DNA of 64,000 bases, taken from positions 434,001 to 498,000 of the forward strand of contig MU058289.1 in the NCBI GenBank assembly GCA_013265495.1. The letters are read 5' to 3'. The translations under genes were made by a program, and so were the position numbers. This document shows, piece after piece, positions 26,308 through 37,744 of the stretch; within the stretch, counting starts at the first letter, position 1, and each line of letters starts with the position of its first letter. The DNA comes from Vicugna vicugna (lineage: Eukaryota). The notes below the pieces were generated by a model. That model did no database searches, had not been told where the DNA came from, and saw only the letters and a program-made list of their open reading frames with translations.

Positions 26308-26805
26308 GAGTATCTGTGCTCAGCCCTGTGCTGGGCGATGCTGGGGACAATAAAGTGACCATGACAGAACTTGTCCCTCCCCACACGGCAGTCTCAGTCT
26401 ACCAGAGCTTAAATAGACAACCACATTGCCATTCAGTGACGGTGGCGACATCGACCGTGAAGGAGGAGCTCAGGGGGCTACAAGAGGGGCATCTGTGACC
26501 GGGGTGGGGGGTCAGGGAAGGGCTCCTTGAGGACAGGACTTTAAGTTGACACCGAAAGATGGGCCAGGAATTAGCCAAGTGAAAAGAGGTTAAGGGCTAA
26601 GGGTCTGTGCACACATGTCCAGGGGGTTCAGGGCACCCCAACTTCCAACACGGCTCAGAAACCTGGTAAAGGGTCTTTGGAGTAGAAAGAGGGAAGAGAC
26701 GGGGGGGTGGGAAGGGGAGAGGTGAGGCGGTCCTCCGGGTCTCAGCCGGAGGAAGTAGGGCAGGAGGAGGCCTGGGCTGCGCACGTGGCCTTGCCTTCTT
26801 GTTCC

Positions 26806-26850
26806 TCACAACGTGGTGTAGAAATACATGGCGAGCAGCATCACAGGGAG
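26806..26850 (-). CDS. UPK1A: UPK1A last coding exon
   Basis: LPVMLLAMYFYTTL-TGA. Confidence 0.95.
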   Translation of the reverse strand, partial: LPVMLLAMYFYTTL

Positions 26851-29800
26851 CTGGGAAGGAGACAGTCAGATGGGGGGCGCTCCAGCCCCACACCCACATC
26901 CCACTCAGCCCCTGGGCTCCCTGCCTCTCACCGTCCACATCAGGATGGCAAAGCCAAACCATGAGATGCCCCACGTGTAGCTGTCAATGGCATGGCCAAT
27001 GTGTTCGAAGCAGCCCTGGGCAGGGGGGAAACGGAGGTTTGAGGAAAGGCCTAGGGAGGCTGGCTGCTGAAAGCAAGAGCCTCTGTGTGCCCTTGGGCAA
27101 GTGGCTTCCTTTCTCCAGCCTTGGTTTTCTTACCTGTAAGATCATGGTGGGTGTGGCTTTCCCACCACGCAGATCAGGGCAGTGTCCACCCACCAGGGTA
27201 GTTTCAGGGAGCCAGGGATGTGGTGTCACCCCAAGCTCGGCACCCAGGCCCTGCACGAGCAGGTGCTGTCAGGATGGTGGCTATGACAGTCTGGGGGTGA
27301 TTTTGTTTAGGGCCGGCTTTCTATGCTGCCCACAAGTTCCAAGGGTTTGAAATATGCCTTTAGGGTCAGTTCAGTTTTTTTTTTTCTTTAACTTTTTTTT
27401 TCCTTAACGGAGGCACTGGAGGCACTGGGGATTGAACCCAGGACCTCATGCACAGCAAGCATGCACTCTACCACTGAGCTATAGCCCCCACCGCCTCATT
27501 TAGAGGTGAGGTCTAGCCGGGCCAGAGCCCCACACCAGCCACCTTCATGTAGACCCCTGCTTGGCCCGACGTGGAAGCGGCCAGGAACAGATGTTCAGGC
27601 TGTGTGCCCTGTGGTCGGGCAGGACTGAGGTGGGGGCCAGCTCTGCCATTTGTTGGCTGTGAAGCATTCTGATTCTGACTCTCTGCCCTTTTTTTCCCTT
27701 CTGTGATGTGGCCATCTGACAGCACTGCCCTCTGAAAGCAGCTGTGGGGGTTCTGGGAGATGATGCCTGGAATCCTGCACAGAGCCAGGGCCAGAGAAAT
27801 GGCTGATGGCAGAAACTGTTTGCACGCTGGCTCCCCTCTCCAAGACCCCTGATCTAAGACATGCTCCTGAAGGGTCCCCAGGCAGCCACGAGTGGCCAGC
27901 GGGACCACTGGGACCGGTTCTCCTCCTAGTCTAACCTCCTCTGGCTTCTCTCTCTGCCCCTGCACTTCCCTTGCAGTAGTTAAAACACCTTGGGGGTTAG
28001 GGGTATAGCTTCGTGGTAGAGCACATGCTTAGCATGTATGAGGTCCTGGGTTCAATCCTCGGTACCTCTGTTAAAAGAAAAAAAACCCGCTGAATTAAAA
28101 ATGAAAGGCTCCAATTAAGTTGTCTTCCATCTATTAAAAAACAAACCAACAACAACAACAAAAAACACCTGGTTGGGGCCTGACTGCCTGAAATCACATC
28201 CCAGATCCATCCCTCACGAGCGAGGTTCACCATCTGTAACATGGGATCACGATGACCTTTACCGCATGAGGCTGCGGCGAGAATTAAATAGGTTAAAAAT
28301 GCAAAGCACTTCGAAGGGTGCCTGGTACCAAGTAAAGGCTCAGTACATGTTGGCTGCTGTTGGTGTTGCTCTTCTTCATTGTTGCTATTTTTATTGTTGC
28401 TCTTCTTCCCAAACAACCTGAGAAAAGTCCCGGGTGCCAGGTCTGGACCAGACAGAACCGGCGTGCACCCTGCACCCCGCCCTGCCGGCTTGCAGAGGGA
28501 AGGAGGGACAGATGGAGAGTTGGGAGAGCTAGAGGGAGCGGAGAGGAAGAGGAAGCCAGATGGTTGGGGGAGATGACAGGCAGACAGTAGGAGGGAGGAA
28601 GAGACAGAAGAACCCTAGAGAGGGCTGGATAGACGGGCAGACACAGTGGGAGCAGGGTCACACCTTGGTGAACAGGTAGTCCAAGTGGCCCAGGCGGCAG
28701 CCTTCTTCATTGAGGGGGATGAAGTTTCCAGTCCGCCGACAGCACAGTGGGGGCCAAGGGAACACCACCTCCGGGGTGGTGGCCCGGAAGGCTGATGTGA
28801 AGTTCACCCAGTCCATGGGACCTGATGTGCCACAGCACTCTTGCTGCAGAGAGAGGCAGGGGTCAGGCGGGCTTCGGCTCAGAGAGGACAGCCACTCGCC
28901 TGAGGTCACACAGCAGAGAAGGCAAGGTTGGTCTGGGCCCCAGCTGGACCCAACTTCCCTGTGTCCTGGGCCTCGAAGAGGGGCAGCAGTGTCGATGTGC
29001 GAGCAAGGAGCAGAAGACACTTATCCAAGCAACAATAGGCTGATGGATTTGGAGCAAACCCACACTCCTGATTTATTTAAAAAAATTTTTTTGAATTAGC
29101 TATCAAAAGACAGATTTCTGGCTTCTCCTAGACCCCGAGGGTGTTGCATTTGTGGCTCCCAAATGATGAAAACATAGGCTCCTTCAAACCTGGGTTCCAA
29201 TCCTGGCTAGACAAACAACCTGAACCAGACTGGGACCTCGATTTCCATGGGTCCTCAGTATTCTCCTCTCGTGCTGTTGTATCATGTTGGTTTAACTAAG
29301 AATGCGGCTTCTGATCTCTCAGGGTTCATTTTACAAAAAANNNNNNNNNNNNNNNNNNNNNNNNNNNNNNNNNNNNNNNNNNNNNNNNNNNNNNNNNNNN
29401 NNNNNNNNNNNNNNNNNNNNNNNNNNNNNNNNNNNNNNNNNNNNNNNNNNNNNNNNNNNNNNNNNNNNNNNNNNNNNNNNNNNNNNNNNNNNNNNNNNNN
29501 NNNNNNNNNNNNNNNNNNNNNNNNNNNNNNNNNNNNNNNNNNNNNNNNNNNNNNNNNNNNNNNNNNNNNNNNNNNNNNNNNNNNNNNNNNNNNNNNNNNN
29601 NNNNNNNNNNNNNNNNNNNNNNNNNNNNNNNNNNNNNNNNNNNNNNNNNNNNNNNNNNNNNNNNNNNNNNNNNNNNNNNNNNNNNNNNNNNNNNNNNNNN
29701 NNNNNNNNNNNNNNNNNNNNNNNNNNNNNNNNNNNNNNNNNNNNNNNNNNNNNNNNNNNNNNNNNNNNNNNNNNNNNNNNNNNNNNNNNNNNNNNNNNNN

Positions 29801-32800
29801 NNNNNNNNNNNNNNNNNNNNNNNNNNNNNNNNNNNNNNNNNNNNNNNNNNNNNNNNNNNNNNNNNNNNNNNNNNNNNNNNNNNNNNNNNNNNNNNNNNNN
29901 NNNNNNNNNNNNNNNNNNNNNNNNNNNNNNNNNNNNNNNNNNNNNAAAAAAAAAAAAAAAAGAAAGAAAGAAAGGAAAAGAAAGAATGTGGCTTCTGGAA
30001 GCTGGCAGCATGGGTTTGAATCCTGCCGGTTCTGTGACTTACTAGCTGTGTCGCCTTGTGCAAGTCCTCAGCCTCCAGCCTGGGTTTCTCATCACTAAAG
30101 AGCTGATCTCCCTTCTGGGAGGTTGCCAGGATCAAATAAGCTCAAAAGTACTTGGAACAGCAGTAAACAAAAGGTGGTGCTCTTTAAGGTTTGTTGTGGT
30201 TGTAATTATTAAGACAGCATGTGCAATGGTTAAGAGTGGAGGCTCTGGATCTAGGCTGCCAGGTTTGGATCACAGCTCTGCCTCTTACCAACCACATGGA
30301 CCACATGACCCTGGGCCAGTGACTTTCCCTCCTTTGGGCCTGTTTATTCATCCGGAACGGTGATGACCAGAGCCCCTCCCTGGGAGCCCTGTCCACGTCT
30401 GCGATCAGAGCCCCAGGTCCTCCAGCCCTCTCCACCCACCCTGCCTCCCCTTGCCCACCTCAATCATGATGCGGTCCCAGAGGCGGGTCAGTTCCCGGCC
30501 CTGGTCTGAGTCTGCACTGTAGAAAGTCAGCATCTGCTTGGTGATCAGGGATGGGTTGGACACCATCTGCAGAGGGCCGGGAAGAACAGGGGCTGGGTGG
30601 GGAGAGAGATTGACCTCCACCCCCAGCCCGAGACCCTCACCACATCCCCACCCCCCAGAAGTCATGCCCCTTCCCTGGCCTCTGCCAGACTCACGTAGTC
30701 TCGGTGGGTGTAGGAAGTGATGCAGGAGGCACACTCAAAGATGTAGACGATGAGCATGAGCACCAGGTACTGGGGAGAGAGGGAGGGAAGGACAGACACA
30801 CCGCACCGCCCAGTCAGGGCAAAGCCTGCGAAGTTATACCCCTCCAGGACCCATGGAGAGAAACACAATTTTTAGAAAGTCTAGGACACCGTGGGTGGAA
30901 ACATCTATGTGGCGGATATACACTGTTCAAGTCTTTCACGCTCTCTGTGTGTTTGAAATTTTTCCTAACAAAATACTAGGGGGAAATGAAATCAACAAAA
31001 AATGGCTAAAGCAGTCCCCAAAGTTAACTGTTGGCTTGGATGCAGTAAATGAATATATTGTAGAAAAGGAAAAAATAAAGACATTCTCCAGACAACCAGG
31101 GGCACTTGAGCACAGACTGGGTGTTGGAAGAAAGATACGGAGGGACCAGGGTGCATTTTTGCAGGGTGTGCCCACAGCACAGTGGTTGTGCGAAAAAAAC
31201 AAAAAAAGAAAGAAGAAGTAGAAACTAAAGCTCTTTGACTGGTGTTTAATGACAATTGTTTTCCTGGTCCTCAGTTGTCCTCACCCCTCAGCCTTAAAGC
31301 AACAGAGGGTGGAGTGGGTGAGATGCTATGGCCCAAGGCGCCTGACTGCTTTAAAATCAATCAGTCCTTGTCACTTAGGGAAACGTGCACTCGGGTATTT
31401 ACAAGTTAGTGACTTAGTGTCTGGAATGTGCTTCAGAATACCCCAGGAAAGAAAACTGCAGGCAGGCAGAGGGTGTGGTGGAGGGGAGGATGCTGGCCAG
31501 TCCGTGAGTGATGCTGTTGAAACCAGGTGATAGGTACGAAGGGATCATCATGGCATTACTCTAGTCTGTTTGCAATTTCCCATTATAATTAAAAAAAAAT
31601 GTTCCGTGTCAGTTCATGACAAACTAATAGGGGAGATGCACAGACTTTTTTTTAACTACTTGGGTGAACTTTTAGGGCTTTGGTTCAATGGTTTGGCCAG
31701 AGAAGTAAATGCAGGGAAGAAAAAAAAAAAAGAAGGAAAGGAAAGAAAAGGAAAAGAGCCCTTCCATGGCTCCGTCTCACTTACAGTGGAGCCAAAGTCC
31801 TTATCAAGGCCCATAAATCCACCTGATAGGCAGGCCCACCTCCCCTCTCTCCCCCATCACCATTCCCCCCCTCTCTGTTCTCCCAGTACGCCCTCAGTTC
31901 CTCTCACTCGCTCCCACCTCACACTGCACTCCTGTCCCCTCTGCCTTCAGAGTCTTTTTTCTTGCTGTTCCTTCTACCCTGAATGCTATTCCTACAGATG
32001 CACACACGGCTCACTCCCTTCCCCCAGCGGTCTTGGCTCTCTCGGACTGCAAGACCTCTCCCCTTCCCCAGCTCCAAATCTCCCTTCCCTGGCCACTGCT
32101 CCCCCAGCGGAGCACCCTCCCCTCTGGCAAGAGGTTTCCTGGTTTGCTCTCTAGATAGCCCAGGGCCCAGCGAGGGTTTGGCACATGGTTCTTGCTCAGT
32201 AAACATTTGCACATTGAATAAGGAGTTGCCTCTGGAAATCCAAAAGGCCCTCATGGGTGGAGGGAGCCCCGTGCTGAATCTGTATCAGTGGGGTGAGGAT
32301 TGGAATCCCCGCTCTTCCTATCACAGGGGCTGTTGGCCTCTTTGAACCTCAGTTTCCTCATCTGGTAAATGGATGAAGAAGCACTAATTTCAGGGGGCTT
32401 CTAAAAGGATTGAGGAAGCTCATTTTCTAAACAGCTTAGTCTCATGTGGGGCGTGGGGCATGGCTGCAGGCAGAGGTTAAGAGCACAAGCTCAAGCACTG
32501 AAGTGCTCAGTTGTAAATCCTGGCTCTGTCACTCACTTGCAGTTAGCACCCTGGATACACGACTTCATTTCTCTGAGCCTCAGTTTCAACTCTGTTCAAT
32601 GGACTCATGATGACAATGATGGTGAGGAAGATAAAGATGAAGATCAGGATGGTATCTGGTGGTGGGTTGTGAGCAACAAATGAACTAATCCAGAGCACTT
32701 AGAGTGCAGGGAGCACACTCATTAAATGGCAGCCATGCTATTATTATTGTCGCTCTTATCCACAGAGTTCAGATCATGGAGACCAACTAGCTGAGGTTCA

Positions 32801-34785
32801 AATCCCAGTCCTGCTGCTCGAGAGCCAGCCTCCTGTGCAGAGCTTCCTTCCCGGCCTCCCTGGTGCCTTTACCAAATGAGGGTAACAGCCGAGCCTAGGT
32901 TATTAGGTTATGGGCCAATGAAATGAAATGATTGCCACGAGGCTGAGCACACACAGCAGTGGCTGTGGTGCGGTTGTCACCATGACTCCGTGAGGATGAC
33001 CTCTGTGCCCCACCCGACCCTACTCCTTGGTCCCGGGGCCTCACCGTGAGGATCATGGACCGGCGGCGGCAGAGGGCAGCGCCCACACCGAAGCTGGCCA
33101 CCACGAAGAAGGAGAAGCCGCAGAAGATGGCGATCCAGGCGCCGGCGAAAACGTCGTCCTTGCCGGAGACGCCCATCAGTGGATACACGCGGTACTGGTC
33201 GGCTGTCACCCACACCGTTTCGGCAAACAGGGCCAGGCCCGACAGCTGGACAGGGCAGGGGGTTAGCGAGGCCCATGCAGCTGCAGCAGCCCTGGCTGCA
33301 TGAGTCTCCAAGAGCGAGTGCCCCGTTCTGAGCCTCCACTGCCCTCTTGGTAAAGTGTGCAAAGACATCACCTTCTGTGAGTGGGGACGCAGCTGGGCAG
33401 GAGGCCAGGAGGGAATGGCGGGCCCAGCCAGACCCCTGCACCCCCACCCTCCTCCCCTCTCCACAGCTGCCAGTGTCTTCAAGGATACAAGGATATGCGA
33501 CATGCAAAACCTGGAGCACGTGAAGATACCAGGTCCACCTGCCTTCCCTGAAGAGTGCTGCTCTTCCCTCCAGGGGAGTTTGGCCGTGGACTGAACAATG
33601 ACAAATGCATCAGGCCAGCACTGATCCACTTGCAGGAATCAATCCCATGCAGGAAAATCACAAACCCACAAGGTTATTCCCCCCAGCACCGTGGGTAAAG
33701 GAGCCAGGATGCCTTGCCACAGGGTGCTGTCCCGTTGTGGAAAAGGGCAAGGAGGCTGTCTGAGGAAGCAGGTGGAGTGGCCTACGGGTGACGTGAGCCG
33801 AGGAAGTGGGAGGCATGGAACAGGACATGGAACAAGCTACATTTCAGGCAAGAAAGGGGAGAATATAGGTTTATGTGTTCCTGTTTGTATTTGCTTAAAG
33901 AAATATTGGAGAAACCGAAAACCTGGTTACCTATGGGGCCGAGGAACAAGGTAAGAGGAAGAGTGCTCAGTGGATACCTTTGAAATCAATCAAACGAACG
34001 CTCATAGATAGAGTGCTTACTGTGTGCATTGGCCCTTGTCACTGCTGTCTGTGTGACAGTCAGTAATTCTGCCAGCTGTTGTCCTGACCAATGCAAATGG
34101 CAACCACGTGTGCCAAATTCTGGTCTGAGCACAAATCCAGTACTTCATTTTATCTCTCAGCATTCCTATTTTATTTCCATCTTCCAGATGAGAACACTGA
34201 GGCCCAGAGAGGTCACATCACTGGCCCAAGGTCCCACAATAGAAGGTGGCTTAGCTGGGATTCGAACCCAGGCTGTCTGGCTCTAGAGCCATGCAGGTAT
34301 CACATAATTAAAAGATATTGTTATTACTCATTACTCTGGGCCTTCTGTGTGCCAAGCAGGCACTGTATGTCCATATCATGTTGATGATTTTAGCTGGCAC
34401 TTGTCAAGCACTTTTTCTGAGCAGAGGGCCATACTGGAATTAATGCACACAGCAATGCCCACAATGAGGACATCATCTATGGATGGGGAAACAGGCACAG
34501 AGAAGTAAAGTCGCTTGCTCAAGGTCACACAGCTGGAGAGAGGCAGAGCTGGGATTCAAATCTGGGCAGCTCTGACTTGAGAGCCAGGAGGCACTGGCCA
34601 TTAGGGGAGTCCTGGGCCCTTAGCCATGCTCCTCCCCCAGGCTGAGGACCGACCCCCTCTTCCCCACCTGCCTGCCCATGTTCCCACCCTGGGGGATGTC
34701 TCACCAAAATAACGATGTTGCCAATGACCAGCAGTCCCACCACAACCGGAGACCCCTTCTCTGCTTCTGCTGCTGCAGAAGCCAT
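26806..34785 (-). CDS. UPK1A: Uroplakin 1A (tetraspanin, 257 aa)
   Basis: Exons 34705-34785, 33045-33245, 30695-30769, 30459-30566, 28664-28843, 26932-27015, 26806-26850 = 774 nt, all phase 0. Has the tetraspanin CCG motif (QECCGTSGPMDW) and PPLCC. Confidence 0.98.
26932..27015 (-). CDS. UPK1A: UPK1A coding exon 6
   Basis: GCFEHIGHAIDSYTWGISWFGFAILMWT. Confidence 0.96.
27375..27492 (-). mobile_element. tRNA-derived SINE
   Basis: Reverse complement of the same SINE, with poly(T). Confidence 0.85.
27993..28161 (+). mobile_element. tRNA-derived SINE
   Basis: A and B boxes; TSD aaaacacct at 27982 and 28162. Confidence 0.85.
28664..28843 (-). CDS. UPK1A: UPK1A coding exon 5
   Basis: QECCGTSGPMDWVNFTSAF...GHLDYLFTK. 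Confidence 0.97.
29341..29945. other. Assembly gap (N run)
   Basis: 605 N, with A runs on both sides. Confidence 1.
30459..30566 (-). CDS. UPK1A: UPK1A coding exon 4
   Basis: MVSNPSLITKQMLTFYSADSDQGRELTRLWDRIMIE. Confidence 0.97.
30695..30769 (-). CDS. UPK1A: UPK1A coding exon 3
   Basis: YLVLMLIVYIFECASCITSYTHRDY. Confidence 0.97.
33045..33245 (-). CDS. UPK1A: UPK1A coding exon 2
   Basis: LSGLALFAETVWVTADQYRVYPLMGVSGKDDVFAGAW...RRRSMILT. Confidence 0.97.
34705..34785 (-). CDS. UPK1A: UPK1A coding exon 1
   Basis: MASAAAEAEKGSPVVVGLLVIGNIVIL; |GTGAGA donor. Confidence 0.95.
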
Positions 34786-35095
34786 AGTCGTGCCTGGGAC
34801 ACAAGCGCAGGGATGAGGCTAGTTGCGGGGTTGGGAGACAGCAAGGGCCTGGCCGGACCCACTGCCCCCACTCCACACCCCAGCTGTCAGGGGCTGCTCC
34901 CAGCTTTCTGCTGGGCCCAGACAGATATCAAGTGTGTCCAGCCTCCCACAACCCCAGCAGTGGGCCATTTTACAGAAGAGGAAACTGAGGCTCAGGTGGG
35001 GCAGTCACTGGCCAGAGCTCAGCACTGGCCTTCCCTGAGCCTCAGCCCTCCCCAGCTCCCCCTGCCCATCCGGGCCCCCAGAACCCCCTCCTCAC

Positions 35096-35225
35096 CTTCT
35101 CTGCTGGAAGCCTCTCTGGCCAGCCCCTCCCGCAGTGGCTTCTTATATATGCTCAGGCCCCTCCTTGGGCCAGTTTCCTGGAAGAGGGGAGGGTGTCTGG
35201 AGGAGGGGACAAGAGGTCAAGCAGC
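35096..35225 (-). promoter_or_regulatory. UPK1A: UPK1A TATA promoter and short non-coding exon 1
   Basis: ATATATAAGA at 35141-35150 (minus strand), donor AAG|GTGAGG at 35096, acceptor before the ATG exon at 34793. Confidence 0.75.
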
Positions 35226-36055
35226 AGACCAGTGTGGGAGAACAGCTTTAAGAGCCCCCCCACCCCCACCAAGTGATTTATAGACCTGAAATTCCAGATC
35301 ATGCTATATCTGGCCAAATGGGCAGGGTGACATGCCTCTGGTTTTCAGGCTATCGTGGTGGTGGAGGGGGCAGGGCGGGGAGGGTGAGACTTGCTGTCTC
35401 TCCTTAGGACTAGAGCCTTCCTGGGAGGAGGGGAGAGATCCAAGTCAAACCAGCAGCAATCCCGGAACTGCGTCTTCTGCTGGTGAATCCACCACACCCA
35501 GGCTGGGAGCCAGGGGAAGTGGCAGGCCAGGACCCCAGCAGGCGAGGGTAGCTGGACAAGGAGAGGAGATAGCAGATGAGGCAAGTGGGAAGAATACTCA
35601 GAAGGCTGATTTTCGGGCTCTGGGATGAGGGGCAAGATGGAAGGAAAAGGGGTGTGTCAGAGGATTTTGAGATGAATATCTAAAGAGCAAGCAGGGAGAC
35701 GAGTGTGCTAGAAAAAGAGAGGGGGACACTGATGGGCTTGGGGAGAAACGTGGCCCCCAGCATCACCGCACACGAGCGGAGAAAGCAGGGTCAGAGCGAG
35801 GAGCCGTGGGTGGAAATGTCTTCAGTCTGCGGAATCAAAGGGACCTAGGTTCAAATCCAAGTTCCGCCTACTCCGTGCAGCGCGTCCTGGCATGTGCATT
35901 TGCCCATCTGCAGAATGGGTACCATCATACCGCTTTCTTGGACGGCAGTGGGAACTAAGTGCGGGGATGACTGCAAAGGGTGTCTTCAGGCCTGGTGCAG
36001 CAGGCGGCCGCGCCTCACCAGCAACGCTCGGGAGAGGCCCACGTTCCCTCCGATG

Positions 36056-36070
36056 GCGCCCCCTCGTGGC
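36056..36070 (-). promoter_or_regulatory. CTCF motif
   Basis: GCCACGAGGGGGCGC on the minus strand within a CpG-rich patch. Confidence 0.7.
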
Positions 36071-37622
36071 ACAAGGCTAATTCCGCAGGCGAAAATTGTG
36101 GCTTGGGGCGCTGGTTCTTCCCCAGAACTTCTCAACCCCGAGGACTAGGGCATTTGCAGCGTTTTCTCTCTAGGCCTTGGCTCTCCCAATGTGAGAGATA
36201 CGAGCAAACAAATGGAACTTAAAATTCCACTGTCAAGATACTGGCTTGGTAATAAGACACATGAGATGTTTTCCAGTTAAAATGGATAATTGATTTTTAG
36301 TCAATCCACTTTACATTTAAAATTGTTTTTCTCTGTTGATTTATATGTATATTAAGTACTAATGAGAAAATTTAAATAATAATCCATATAATCTGTCAAA
36401 TACATTTTATAAACTTTAGCTAAAATAACTTGCAAAATAATAGGGCCAAGCTAATAATATGAAATATTTTTATTTTCAAATAGTTGATAACTGTAATTAG
36501 ACGTTATATAAAATGTCTAGTAAAAGCAGAAAGTTGTCATCAGTGGGGGCAATAATATGTCACCTGTCATAAAAGAAATTCATTTTGTCCTGAAACATGA
36601 ACCCAGTGTATTTGGGTGTTTTGAATTTTCAGTATTCTTTCTTACTATTATATAAGCCAGAACAATAAAATTTGAAGTGCTAATTACTCAGATGCTCAGA
36701 AGGCTGATGATAAAAATCACAATGGCAAGATCTCCTAAAGATGATACACACCTATGCTATGATCCAGCTATTTGTCCCCAGAAATTCCCCCACTTCTGTC
36801 TATCAAGCGCTGGGAGTGTATTCCTAACAGCCTCAAACTGGAAACCACCCAAATGTCTCTTAACAGGAGAATGTTTAATGCACACAATGCATGCACACAA
36901 TGGATACTATTCAACAATAAAAGGGAATGGATTGGTGCAACCGCGGGGTGAACCTCAAAAGCATTTTGCTAAATGAAAAAAAGCCACACTCAAAAGGCTA
37001 CAACTGTATGAGTCTAGATAAATAATTCTAGAATAAACAACAACAACAAAAAAATAGGGGGAGTGGTTACCTTGGGGGCATTGTGACTGGAGGGGACAGG
37101 AAAGGAGTTTCTCTTTCTTGATTTGGACACTGGCTGCATAGGAATATTCAGACTGTGAAATGTCATCAAGCTGTACACTCACAATAAATGTATTTTTTTT
37201 ATTACAATGCTTTCTAAAGAGGGTGGATCCTTTCAAAAGAAATATATTCAATGTGTTAAAAGTGATGTTTTCCAAAGAGGGCACACAAGTTAATTTTAGG
37301 TGTTTCATGGACATGAAATGAAATGGCATCGGAATGATACAAAATTCATGTGATGAGTAAAGGATTCATTTCTAACCAGTCCTTCTGATGGTACCGTGGA
37401 GAAATATCAGCAGTTTGATGCTGCTGTGTCCTAAACACCTCTCCTTTCTTAAGAGCAGTTCTTAACAGGCCTCACTGACTGACTAGGATTTAATGATAAC
37501 ATATTGGCATCGTATTTATTTTTTTGTACTTATGTTTTTAAAATAAGATGTTTTGTTTTCCATGGTCAGTGGTGAAAGGAAACTTTTCTCAAAAAAATTT
37601 TTTTATTATGAAACATTTCAAG

Positions 37623-37744
37623 GGAGGAGGGGATAGCTCAGTAGTAGAGCGCATGTTTAGCGTGCATGAGGTCCTGGGTTCAATCCCCAGTACCCCCAAT
37701 AAAATAAATAAATAAACTTCATTACCGTCCCCCTCCAAAAAATA
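37623..37744 (+). mobile_element. tRNA-derived SINE
   Basis: A and B boxes; TSD aaacatttcaag at 37611-37622 and 37745-37756. Confidence 0.9.

Noticed and set aside
29247..30135. Long ORFs of 226-283 aa
   Set aside because: Artefacts of translating the N gap.
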